Source of the DNA: the human T2T-CHM13v2.0 reference genome, Homo sapiens | Length of the DNA stretch: 64,000 bases | Strand: one strand, 5' to 3' | NCBI RefSeq assembly: GCF_009914755.1 | Contig: NC_060926.1 | Shown: positions 43,041 to 55,221 of the stretch, piece by piece | Position numbering within the stretch: the stretch's first letter is position 1 | How the letters are laid out: each line of letters begins with the position of its first letter | The notes under the pieces: model-generated | Told to the model about the DNA's origin: nothing | Seen by the model: only the letters and a program-made list of their open reading frames with translations | Databases searched by the model: none | Made by a program: the position numbers and the translations under genes

Positions 43041-44150
43041 AGCGGCCATCGTTGAGCCTCTGGCTCCCATTTCTCTTGTCTGGCTAACTGCCAAACCAGT
43101 TTGGGTGGAGCAATGGCTGCTGAAACAGGAAAAACTGGAGGCTTTAAAAGAACTGGTACAGGAACAATTGCAAAAGGGACATATAGAGCCTACTTTCTCC
43201 CCTTGGAATTCTCCTGTATTTGTCATTAAGAAAAAATCAGGGAAATGGAAAACGTTAACAGATTTAAGGGCTGTTAATGCTGTGATTCAACCCATGGGCG
43301 CACTGCAACCAGGGCTGCCCTCCCCAACAATGATCCCCAAATACTGGCCTCTCATAGTGATAGATCTAAAGGATTGCTTTTTTACCATTCCTTTAGCTGC
43401 CCAAGATTATGAGAAATTTGCTTTTACTGTTCCCGCCATAAATAATAAAGAACCAGCAGACAGATACCATTGGAAAGTACTACCACAAGGCATGCTAAAT
43501 AGTCAGACTATTTGTCAAACTTATGTCGGGAAAGCTATTAAGCCAGTTAGAGAACAGTTTAAAAAATGTTGTATCATCCATTCCATGGATGATATTCTGT
43601 GTGCAGCTGAAACTAGGGAAGAACTGATGTTGTGCTACAAACTGTTAGAAAAGGCTGTAAATGCAGCAGGGTTAATTATAGCCCTCGATAAAATCCAAAC
43701 TTCTACTCCCTTTCAATAAAGCCATGGCTACATTTTTTCAACAATGGAATATTGCCCATACTACGGGTATTCCACATAACTCACAAGGACAAGCAATAGT
43801 GGAAAGAGCTAATTGTACTTTAAAAACTCAAATACAAAAAGCAAAAGGGAGGGGACCAGGAATATAAGACACCACATATACAATTGCATTTAACTTTATT
43901 AACATTAAATTTTTTTAACTTACAAAAACATCAACCCATGACTGCAGCTGAACAACATTTGACAGGGCAAAAGGAAAATAAAAAGGCTGGACAAGATATA
44001 TGGTGGAGGGATGCACATACAAAGAGCTAGGAAAAAGGAAAATAATCTTATGGGGAAGAGGATTTGCTTGTGTCTCTCCAGGTGACAATCAGGTACCTGT
44101 GTGGGTGCCCACCAAACATCTAAAGATCTATCATGAGCCACAGCATCTAG
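43027..44150 (+). pseudogene. pol: HERV-K pol: RT N-terminal half fused by deletion to the IN C-terminal half
   Basis: [41 protein letters not shown] (YMDD mutated); after about 43718 [27 protein letters not shown] and [11 protein letters not shown]. Confidence 0.93.
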
Positions 44151-44923
44151 TGGACCCACCTGTACAGTGCAAATTGAAGGCTGAAGGATTGCTTTTAAGC
44201 CTCGATTTGCTTTCTCTGTGCCTTCTGTTAGAAGGGGCCTGCTTCTTGTTATCAATGGTAAGTTTTACCCCATGCTAATTAACCAAAGAGGCAGAAGCTG
44301 AGTTACAAATGCTTCAGCAATGGCATGCCTCCTGGCTGCAGCCACAAAAGTTTTTGCTTCTGTTTCAGTAGATTTACTAACGTGGCAGTGAGGGTAGGCT
44401 TGTGGTTTTGCAGGAGATAAGCAAAACATGTAGGTGCCCTCAAGATGTGTACGACCATGGAACAGGAGACTGGAAGGACCCATGGATCCCAACCATGGAC
44501 TGGGTTCCCCCAGTATGAGCCATGCTGAGAAACTGCTGGAGTGCCAAGGTTTTACCTATAGTTGCTTAACGGACCAGTGCTTTCTGACTGAACTCCTCTC
44601 TACCCTGAATACAAGAGACCCTAATAGGTAGGATCGCCCCTATTCAGCATGAAGAAGTTACAGAAGATGGACCTTCATCCTTCTGCAACCCCTAGGATTA
44701 AGGGTCCTCTTGTAAAAGGGAAAGGGGAGATATGTGGGAAGCATTCAAACCAGAGCAACTCCATTTTGAATAAGGGCTAAGAAAAATAAAGCTGGATCAC
44801 CAACCGGCAAATAAGGGCTGTACAGCCTGCAATTGCGTTGCTCAATTAATTTAAAAAAGAGGCCACCTTATGCTAATAATAATGATAGCTGTGGTGGTTT
44901 TTACAAAAAAGAGATGGGGGCCA

Positions 44924-45257
44924 TGTTGGGAGAAAAGCTGAGTGTTGGGAGAGAAGCTGAGGCAGGGCTTGCATGTCTGCTAGACGTGTTGGCTCCTTGC
45001 TTCTAGCACTCCCATTATCTCAAGCAGCCATGTTTTTCATTCACTTGATACACTGTTTCCTTTCAACCCCCACATCCTCACCACCTGTTTGAGCATCAAT
45101 AAATAGCGTGGGCTCCCAGAGCTCGAGGGCCTTTGCAGCCTCCACACTTGCGATGGCCCCCTGGTCTTACTTTCTCTCTCATACTTTTTCTCATTCCTTT
45201 GACTCTGCTGGACTTCATTGCCCTCAAGACCTGGTGTTAGGTCTTATCACCCCAACA
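44924..45257 (+). mobile_element. 3' LTR (LTR14A-like, 334 bp)
   Basis: tgttggg...cccaaca termini; PPT aaaaaagagatggggg at 44905-44920; AATAAA at 45098-45103. Confidence 0.9.
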
Positions 45258-46663
45258 ATGACTCCCTGCTCTATGAGCTGCAGAATTGATGTTGTGTTAT
45301 CAGGCAAGGAAACACATGAATCTCCTTGTACATTTTCATCAGAGCTCTGAGATGACTAGATGAATTGTCAATAAGTAGTAGTATTTTTGAAATAAATCTT
45401 TTTTTTTTCTAAGCAGTAGGTCTCAACAGTGGGCTTACAATATTCAGCAAACTATTCTGTAAACAGATGTGCTGTCATATAGACTTTGTTGTTCTATTTA
45501 AACAGCATATACAGAGTAGATTTAGTATAATTCTGAAGGGCCCTAGGATTTTTGGAATGGTAAGTGGGGTAGCTTCACTAGCTGCGTCAGCCCCTAACAA
45601 GAGAGTCGGCCTGTTTTGTGAAGCTTTAAAGTCAGGCATTGACTTCTCTCTAGCTATGAAATTACTAGATGGCATCTTCTTCCCATGGAAGGCTGCTTTG
45701 TCTATATTGAAAATCCATTGTTTAGTGTAGCCACTTTCATCAATGATCTTAGCTAGATATTCTGGATAACTTGCCGCAGCTTCTCCATCAGCACTTGCTG
45801 TTTCACCTTATGCTTTCATGTTAGGGGCATGGCTTCTTTCCTTCAACTTCATAAACCAACCTCTATTAGCTTCCAATTTTTTTTTCTCCTGCAGCTTCTT
45901 CACCTCTCTCGGCCTTCATAGAAGTGAAGAGAGTTAGGGTCTTGCTCTGGATTAGGCTTCTGCTCGGGGGAATGTTTTAGCTATCTTTAATCTGAACCAC
46001 TGAAACTTTCTCCATATCAGCAACAAGACTGTTTTGCTTTCTTATCATTCTTATATTCACTGGAGTAGCATTTTTAATTTCCTTCAAGGACTTTTCCTTT
46101 ACATTTACACTCTGGCTAACTGGTACAAGAGGCCTAGCTTTGGCCTATTTCAGCTTTTGACACCTTCACCTTCTTCACTAAGCTTAATCATTTTTAGCTT
46201 TTGATTTAAAGTGGGAAACATACAACTTTCACTTAGAGGGACTTGTAGGGTTATTAATGGTCTATTTTCAATACTGTTGCACCTCAGGGAATGGGGAGGC
46301 TGGAGGAAAGAGAGATGGAGAATGGCTTGTTGGTGTAACAGTCAGAACACACACATTTATCAATTAAGTTTGCTGTCTTATCTGGACACGGTCCATGGCC
46401 CCCCAAAACAATTACAATAGTAACAACAAAGATCACTGATCACAGGTCACCATAATGAATATAATAATAATGAAAAAGCTTGAAATATTGTGAGAATTAC
46501 TAAAATGTGACACAGAGACACAAAGTGAGCACATGTTTTTGGGAAAATGGCACTGATAGATTTGTTCAATGCAGAGTTACTTCAAACCTTCAATTTGTAA
46601 AAAAAAAAATGCAGTATCTTTGAAATGCAATGAAGTGAAGTGAAATAAAACAATGTATGTCTG
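45258..46663 (-). mobile_element. Tigger1 DNA transposon, 5' part only
   Basis: Transposase fragment (ORF 45475-45675: [26 protein letters not shown]); degenerate TIR atgtatgtctg followed by TA at 46664-46665. Confidence 0.9.
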
Positions 46664-46665
46664 TA

Positions 46666-47200
46666 TGTAGGAGTAGGATTATTGGGCTATATGGTTAGGT
46701 GTATATTGAACTTTATAAAAGTGGCCAAACTATTTTTAGTGCGGACATACCATTTTGCACCCTCACCAGTGTGGTATGAGAGTTTCAGTTGCTCTGCAGC
46801 CTCATCAACACTTGGTATTGTCAGGTTTTTTTTTTTGCCATTCTAATAAGTGTCTAGAAGTTATCATTGCAGTTTTAATTAGCATTTCACTAAAGACTAA
46901 TGATATGAGTATCATTTCATGTGCTATTTGTCACCCATATATCTTCTTTGGTAAAGTGTTTGTTCAAATCTTTTGGCCATTGAAAAAAATTTGGTTGTTT
47001 TCTTATTGCTGAGTTTTGAGAGTTCTTTGTATGTATTAACTACAATTCCTGTGTCAGGTGTATGATTTGCAACTATTGTCTCCCTGTCTATTCTTGTCTT
47101 TTCATTCTCGTAACCGTGTTGTTTGCAGAGAAAATGTTTTAACTTTTAGAAAGCCCAATTGATTTACTTTTTGTTATGTATTGTGCTTTTTGGCTTTGCA
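46666..47200 (-). mobile_element. Old L1 (L1MA/MB-like) ORF2 3' fragment
   Basis: ccattttgcaccctcaccagtgtggtatgagagtttcagttgctctgcagcctcatcaacacttggtattgtc. Confidence 0.8.
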
Positions 47201-47756
47201 TTTTCAACCTTCAATTTTTATATATTAAAAGTAAAATTTCTAAAAAAAGATTTCCTCCTAGCAATAGCAGATTATCTACATGTATGTAAATAATAATTAC
47301 CTATATCTCCTAAATGTGAAATTAAATAAGACATTAGACAATTTGTGCAGAAAAAACAAATTAAAGTTAAGAAAGATGAGACAAGGATCTAATAATTTTT
47401 AAAACACGGAACTAATGTCTTTTCGATTTTGGATAATAGTTGCATGTAGACACATGAAATAAAATGCCTCATGGGGTTTCAAATACCCATTCATTTATTT
47501 ACCCATTCATTTTAGAATATTTACTGAGCACCCACTATAAACCAGGCACTGTGTTCTACGTGGGGGCATATGGATTCATATGATGGGACAAAGAACTTGC
47601 AATAAATAGATCAATGGATAACACAATGTGGTAAGAACTGTGATTGACATATATTCAAAATGAACCAGGTTTCTTTTTTTTACATGTGGTAGTGTCATCA
47701 TGCCTATCTCAGTATGAAATTGTTCATGTGACTATTTGATCTAAAGTCTTTCTCTC

Positions 47757-47855
47757 CTACTCAGGTGATGGGTGCACTACAATCTGACTTCACCACTATA
47801 CAATTCACCCATGCCAAAAACCACTCGTACTTCCAGAGCTATTGAAATAAAAATA
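47757..47855 (+). mobile_element. L1 3' terminus (L1PB/L1MA-like)
   Basis: ctcaggtgatgggtgcacta...cttcaccactatacaattca...ctattgaaataaaa. Confidence 0.75.
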
Positions 47856-47908
47856 TACATTAATTTAAAAAATCAGAAAGGGCTGCTTTTAAAATAATCA
47901 ATAAACAA

Positions 47909-48197
<289 letters not shown>

Positions 48198-48427
48198 AAA
48201 ATAATCAATAAACAGATCTGTAGTGAGAGCTGGGCAGGTTGGGAAGGTGCAGGGTGAGACCACGTATGGTAAATGTGAGCTGGCAGACTCAGCAGGGGTG
48301 AAACAGAGGATGGCACTCAGCCATGTTGGGCAGGGGTGAGAAGGAGAGGGCTTAAAATAAATAAATAAATAAAGTGCGTCTCTCTCTTCGTGCACTCCAG
48401 GAGTGTAAATACAATATATGTTTTCTT

Positions 48428-48500
48428 CATTGCGTCACTTTGCTCCAGCCTGGGCAGCAGAGTGAGACTCCGTCAAAAAAAAAAAAAAAAAAAAAAAAAA
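48428..48500 (+). mobile_element. Alu 3' fragment with pure A tail
   Basis: ctccagcctgggcagcagagtgagactccgtc followed by an uninterrupted A run. Confidence 0.85.
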
Positions 48501-48544
48501 GCTTGCTTCTGATGTACAGAAAGAAGGCGTTGCTTAATTCTGCC

Positions 48545-49140
48545 CCGGGCAGTTTCGAAGACTTGATTTTTAAAAAGGTGGTATTCGAAGTGAATCTTGA
48601 AGCAAAGATAGGAACTTGCTGTTGGGGCAGGAGAGAGTTGAGAAGGAAGAGAAGCACAGCATTCTAGCACTATGAAATCTTAGACATGGGTGTGTGAAGG
48701 TCCACGGACAGGCAGTTGTAGGTGGAGCAGAACCATCCTGCCTGCGGAACTGTGAGGACAGAAGATGAGACCAACGTGGAAAGCTGGGAACGGACTGGGA
48801 AGGAAACGCCTTGCCAACCAGGCTCCATTTGAACTTCCTCACAGTGGGGTTGGAACTGAAGAATTTTAAGCTTGAAAGTGACATGATTACATTAGTGATT
48901 CTGAAATAGAGAGGGCAGCGTGTGGTCGACTGGAGAGCAGAGCAGTGAAAGCCTGTTGCTGAAGCGCTGGTAAGGCATGATGAGGTCTGGCAGTGAAATA
49001 GAGATGCTGGGAGGGATGGATCTAGAAGTCATCCTAGGAGACAGAAACACAGGACTGGGCGATTGACAAGATGTGAAGGGAAAAGCAGAAGGAAGATTTA
49101 ACATTTTCGCTCTTCTGATGCCTGAGGAGTGTTGTATGTT
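48545..49140 (-). mobile_element. L2 fragment
   Basis: aaggtggtattcgaagtgaatcttgaag, gaagaattttaagc...gtgacatgatt, caggactgggcgattga. Confidence 0.65.
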
Positions 49141-49634
49141 GGTAGTCAACATTTTAAAAAAATTTTTAAATTAATATTAATGTTCTTTAGAAAATACCGT
49201 AAAGTATAAAGAACAAGAAAACCATCCATTATCCCAACACGCAGAGATAACCACTGCAGACATTTCATATGCATATCTTTCCAGCCTTCTTTGAAAATAT
49301 ATTTCTGAAAAGAGATCCTAAGGGTTCCATCTCTACCAGGAACTCGGCTCTCATAAACTGCATTAATACGTTGAACTTCACTTTGAACCCAAATATGAAT
49401 ATTTTCACTAAACTATGCACCGATTTTTTTTAAATAAAGTGAATAAGTACATGGACCGGAACTGCCAACTGGAAACTAAATGAGTGTCAGCAGTGACACC
49501 CGGGACATGCCCTCATTAGTAGATGCTAACCCGCAGAGGTAACCTGCCTAGACACGGAGAGACATTTCCAAGTTCAGGTTGATTAATTCATATTCAATTC
49601 ATTCACCCTGCTGAGCCCTGCAGGAAGACAGCGC

Positions 49635-49664
49635 GGCAGCGATCTCCACCTTGAGGGGGCGCTA
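49635..49664 (+). promoter_or_regulatory. Candidate CTCF site
   Basis: ccttgagggggcgc (49649-49662) fits CCNNNAGGGGGCGC; upstream ggcagcgatc resembles the CTCF upstream motif; CpGs preserved. Confidence 0.55.
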
Positions 49665-49949
49665 ATTATTTTTTGCCTACTTGAACCCTGAGCTTGGGCA
49701 AGCCTGTGCACATACACTAAGAGAAAAACTTTCTGAGGTCTAGCAGCTGTCGATCAAAAATAGGTTATCCTAGGCCCTTCCAAATAGAGGGACTGGGGAA
49801 GGAAGTTTAATTTAAAAAAGAGTAAGAATGTTTTTATGTTGGGATGGATAGATTATTGGGAAGGCAGGGTGATTCAGGAGAGGCCTGAAAAAATGCTCCA
49901 GGGGTAGAAAATCCAAGGAGAAGGTGGAGGGGTCTCAAAGATCGACAAA

Positions 49950-51700
49950 TAGCCACATGGCGGGCCGCCCTTACGAAGGTAGCCTTGCAGGCCAAGTTCG
50001 GGGGGAGGTGGGGAGGCTGGTTCCGAGTTTCCGGGCATATCCGTGGAGTCCTTCCAGACCTTCCTGGGGACCTTCCCCGGTCACCCCGGCTCCCCGCCGG
50101 CCCCCCGCGCTGCTCAGGGGAGAGTAGGACTATGACCCACTTCCACTCTAAGGCTCTAGATCGAACCGTCCAGGGGGGTCAAACACGATTTACAACAAGG
50201 AAGAGAAAAACCAATACGTCCCAAGAGGGCTGCAGGGGCTTTAACTGGAGGAAGGGTTGGGCAGAGGGTGGCAGTATTATGCCCTGGACTTTTTTGCACC
50301 AAACCCATAACCGGATTCCCACTTCCTAAGACCTGCCTTCCTGGCTCTTCCCACCGCCTCCATGCTCCGCCCCGCAGCTTAGGTCTTTTACTGCAAACGT
50401 CAAGTGGTCTCCGCCTTCCCTGGGTTCGGAGCTTCACTTGCTCTTGAGCTCTGCGGTCCGGCGGATTTCGCGGGGCCCAGGGGATGGCGGGGAGTGAGAT
50501 TTGGCCAGGGTCATTTCACACTGCCGGGCCTGCAGCCACGCACGCAGCTGCTGGCCCGGCTGAGGCTGGCGGCTAGGGAGAGGCGCCAGGGGGTCGCGCA
50601 CAGGAAGGTATCGGTGCACCCTGAGCAAACACTGCTCGCTTCCAACGCTCACTGGGAACAGGCTTCCCGGGAAGGTCCCAAATCTCTCCAGTTCCGCTCA
50701 CCCTGCGGGCGGGAGCGCGGCGCCCGGGTGCCCCACCTGCGCCGGGCGGTCGGCTCCCGCTGGCCGGAGTTTGCAGACTTGGCGCTCAGGCCGATTCTCC
50801 CGGAGTTGGGCCGCGCGCGCCGGGCCAATGAGCGCGCCCCGCGGAGGGCTCCGCTCCCCCCGCGCGCGCTGATTGGTCCCGCGGCCCTCGAGGCCGGGCC
50901 GGCCGCGGCTGCGGGCGGCGGCCAGTGCCCGGCGCGAGTGGGAGTGGCGCGCGCGCCCCTAGCCGCCCCCCGCCTCTCCCCGCTGCGCTCCCTCGCTCCT
51001 TCCCTGAGCTCCCGGGCTCCGGCAGCGCGCTGGCGGGGCGCCGCATTGCACACTCTGGGGGCGCCGCAGTGTTCGTGGGATGGGGCAGCGGGCTGCAGCT
51101 GGCGGCCGGAATCCGCGCGCAGCCCGGGTGAGTAGAGGCGGGCTTCCCGGGAGAGCACAAAAGAACAGGGGATTGGTGCCAGCGGCCCCGGCTTAGGCGG
51201 GGCCTGGCCAAGGCAGGGAGTGCGCTGAGTCCCTGGAACTACCCGATGCTAGGGCAGTCCCCTGGGGCCAGAGGAACTGGGGTCCCGGCCTCCGGCGTTT
51301 TGCCCCTAGTGGGCAGAGAGCCCCGCGAGTAGCCTGGACGGGTCCAGAGGGGCGTGTGTACTCGTGTGTGTTGGGCTGGCGCGTGGAGGGTGGGATGGAA
51401 AGGTCAGGAGCTGCCAAGTTCAAGGCTGGAGGAACCTTTCCCAGGAGTAATTCAGCATCTTCTCACCGCCCAACATGCGTCCACCAGGAACTCCAGCCGG
51501 AGGGAGTTCCTGGGCGGCGGACTGGCAGCACCCCACATGTTGCTGCGGGGCGGGGGGCAGTGGCGGTAGCCCGGCTGCGGCCACCCGGAGCCTCTAAGGG
51601 AGGTGCAGTGTGCTGGAGGTACCTCCCCGCCGCTGCAAGACCACGCTAGGCCTTTCAGCCATCCACCCCGACAACCCAGGGAAGGGACCATCCACCCACA
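49950..51700. promoter_or_regulatory. CpG island promoter
   Basis: Very high GC and CpG density; CCAAT at 50825-50829, ATTGG at 50872-50876 and about 51172; GC boxes. Confidence 0.93.
50950..51127 (+). other. Probable non-coding first exon of an unidentified gene (start approximate)
   Basis: Downstream of the CCAAT pair; ends at a consensus donor CGG|GTGAGT (51128-51133); followed by intron-like repeat-rich DNA to the window end. Confidence 0.6.
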
Positions 51701-53809
51701 GAGTTGGGATTTGGCCTGGGCTTGACTTGGCGACCTGTTTTTCTCTCCGGTAACAGCAGTTCCGTTGATTCACATTTGGCTAAGCGTTCAGTTACAACCT
51801 AAAGCTCACTATCTGACGGTCTGACTCGCTCTGACCCCCACCATATCCTCACTATCTCTACCGCTGCCCTCCTCCAGTCCCCTCTCCCGCCCCAGTATCT
51901 GCCCTGCTCCTCACTGCGGGGCTCAAAACTTGGTGTTTGAGCATGATTGCCTTCGGTGTGGTCCTTGGCATTTTCAAGTGTCACAATCACATCCCGTTTC
52001 CTAGAGGACTCCAAAGACTTGTTATAATGGGATCGGGGGAGAGAATTGGGTGGGGGGGAATGGAAGAGGGTCTTTGGTAGTCACTTGTTGGAAGAACAGC
52101 ATTGACCTCCCAGAGCATATGACAAAAAGAATGTTAAGCTTCTTTCTATGGTAACCTACCCAAGGTGTGACCTCCAAAATTCAATTTTCTTTGTGGGAGG
52201 CAAGGGAGTTTAGATTCTCCAGGGGGAAGCTTATTTCTTGTTAAATTGACTTGCGGTGACATACACACTGTTCTGCTCTGCTCTGGCCAGCCATTGCAGA
52301 TGCCATGATATTATTAGAGCAATTCCCTTAAAGCCATTACATTTTCTTTCGAGTGAGAGGAACTCGAGCTAGCTGTTTAAAATTTTGGATCTGCACCTTA
52401 TTTCTCTAGAAGACATTAATGGTTACTGTATATGCGCTCACGTGTACCAAGTTTGCAAAAGGTATTTGTGCAATCGCCCATGAAATGGGTTAATGCACAT
52501 TTATGTTAAACCCATTTAAATGTAAAACATCTATCTGTTTTCAATTTTAGTTTCCACCTCGACCAAAGGCACCAGACTGAAATAAGACTTAAAAGAGGCT
52601 TCCTTGTTTAAATAGAGGTTTATAGAACTCTAGTCCTGAGAGCACACAGTAAGCTTTCTGAGCTTGTAGGCACACAAAGCTTGTTAAAAATTGTGAAATG
52701 GTTCCTTGAGTTAGAAATAATGGAAATGCTTCCAGACCAATTAAGACAGACAATTGATGAAGCTACACTCTCAAGCTGTTGACAGTCTTTGTAAGGTGAA
52801 TGTTTATAGTACATAATGCATAAATCGGGCTGATTCTAGGCAAATAATATCAAGTAAAAAACCATACCATGTGTTGTATCATACTGGATAGTTTATATGG
52901 CATATTGAAATCTACTATTAAAGTGTCTGAGGAAATCATATCTTTATCATCCCCATTTCACAGATGAAACAACTGAGGCTTTCAAAGATTGACTTTTCCA
53001 AGATCAATAGCAGAGTTCAGTCAAGTGTTTTTCAAATTCTTTCCTACCTCACCCGTTCCCTTCCTTCCTTCCTTTTTGGTGTTTACCTACTTCTTTGTTG
53101 TTTACCTACTTCTGATTTCTGCACCTCTTTTTACTGTTTAACCCATAGCTTGAGGGACCATTGTGAATCATCCCCAAAAGGCTTTGCTGTCTGCTCAATA
53201 TCATTTAGCTCCCACTAAGGTGAGGGCTGATAAAGAATTAAGGTGAAAACTAGGAATAGTTTTAAAGAGCTACCCTTTTCAAAGAGATACGTTATTTTTG
53301 CTAATGAGTTGTTAAAGGTACATATAATCAAACCCCTAAAGGATGATGTCCTAATTGTAATGTTTCAGAAAGACAAGTAACAGTAGGAGAGATGTGTGAG
53401 AAATATGTAAGTCTCCTATTTTATAAACACACTCCTTATAAGCTCTGTAGACGATTAACAATAGAAATAATAAATGAATATCTCATTAGTGCTATTCTTA
53501 TTTTAAAAAGAATTGACAAAATAGATGACTTAAATAAAATCAGAACTACTCTGGAAACACAAAAAGCACCCACTTATCAAAAGTCCTGAAATCCTCATTG
53601 ACTAGTGTACAAATGTAGCAGAAGACATTGGTTAGAGAGAAATCATATTTTTACTTGCAAAGCTAGCAATAAGAAGCGTACAGATATCTGCCTATCTGAT
53701 TATTTTTTAAGGGCTCATCATCTGCAAATCTTTTCTTGGAAAATGATTGCTTACAATATTTACTTGTGTCATTGCATACTATTTATTAATGAGATTAATC
53801 TCATTTGCA

Positions 53810-54190
53810 ATAACGTGGTTAAGTGTTGAGCTTACTACTAGTAAGTCTTGGTTAAGTATGTGGGCTTTGGATTCAAGTCTTGTCTTCACATACACTAACT
53901 GTGGGACTTCAAAAAATGATAGAACTTCTCTGTGCTTTAGTTTTCTTATGTGTAAAGCGTGAATAATGCACCTACCTCATGCAGTTTTTAAAATTTATTC
54001 ATGCAGCAAATATTCAGCAATTGCCTATTAGGTACCAGCTCTGCTCTAGATGCTAGGGATACATGTGCAAACTCCTTGCTAATGAAGTTTACCGTCTGGT
54101 GCCTGAAATCTAATGACACAATGCATTTAAAATGCTTGGGATGGGACCTTACACCTACCAAATGCCCCGTTATTGTTAGCTGTTGGTATC
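53810..54190 (+). mobile_element. MIR with an embedded L2 fragment
   Basis: tggattcaagtcttgtcttcacatacactaactgtgggac...aacttctctgtgctttagttttcttatgtgtaaa; L2-like attcatgcagcaaatattca at about 53995-54095. Confidence 0.6.
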
Positions 54191-55221
54191 ATACATTCTT
54201 TCAGGAACTGTTCAGAGTGCCTACCAGATGTAACACAGATTGCAGCATGTAATGATGAATGATATGTGTTTCAATTCAATTAAGTCTTCTAATGGAAGAG
54301 GGGACTCCAAAGAAGGACATCAAGAGTATAATCAGTCTCTAAAAGGGAATTCAATGCTGATATGTTAGGGAAGAAATGAAAAGAAATACTTAATTTACCC
54401 ATAAGAAAGTGGGAAGCATACGAATTACCTTATAGAAACCCAAAAGTGATAAGAAAAACAAGTCTTGTACCCAAGCTCTGTAAAACACTAAACTCATAGT
54501 GAAAACACATAGGGAAAGTAAAGAAAAGAAAAAGAAAGCTTACCTGGATACATGTAATGAAAAAGGAAAATTTGAAGGGTCAGTTTATTAAATTGACCTT
54601 ATGAAGGGCAACAGATCCCAGGCATACTAGAAATGGGATAACCAAAAGTGAATTTGTTAAAAAAAAATCCTTGCAATGGATTTCCAAAACGATAATGAAA
54701 GTCCCTTAAATACTGTGAAATAAGGATTGTGGAACTACTCATCTTTCATCATACCAAACATGTACTGGGAGATAAAAAGAGATAAAACAGCGTGTAAATG
54801 AATTCTTTGCTTCTGTTTTTGCTGAGTAATATTCCTACACCCAGGCTTTCTCAAGCAATACACACATTGGAGGTAATAGATCAAGAAGTGGCAAGTGCTG
54901 AGGATATTCCAGACCTAATCAGCAGACTAATTACAGATAAATCACCAAGACTAGATGGCCTTCACCTAAGTATATTGAAGAAGCCTGGTGTGTACGTGAC
55001 AGCAATCTGGGGTATTGCTGGGGGATTGACTGGTGTCCTTGGGGGCTCCAGTCAGGGGAGGGGTTTCCAGAAGGACTGGGGGCCAAGAAACCAGACCCGT
55101 GTCCCTGTGGATGATTGGGAGATGGATATTCAAAGTAAACACAGATTACAGCAAGTAACGATTTTTTTTTTTTTTTTCTGAAGAAGGGGGATTGACGTAT
55201 TAGAGTTAAAAAAGGAAAATA

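Noticed and set aside
50404-51211. Long ORFs (243, 169, 141 aa) in the CpG island
   Set aside because: Ala/Arg/Pro/Gly-rich, present on both strands, no recognisable domain; expected from stop-codon depletion in GC-rich DNA.
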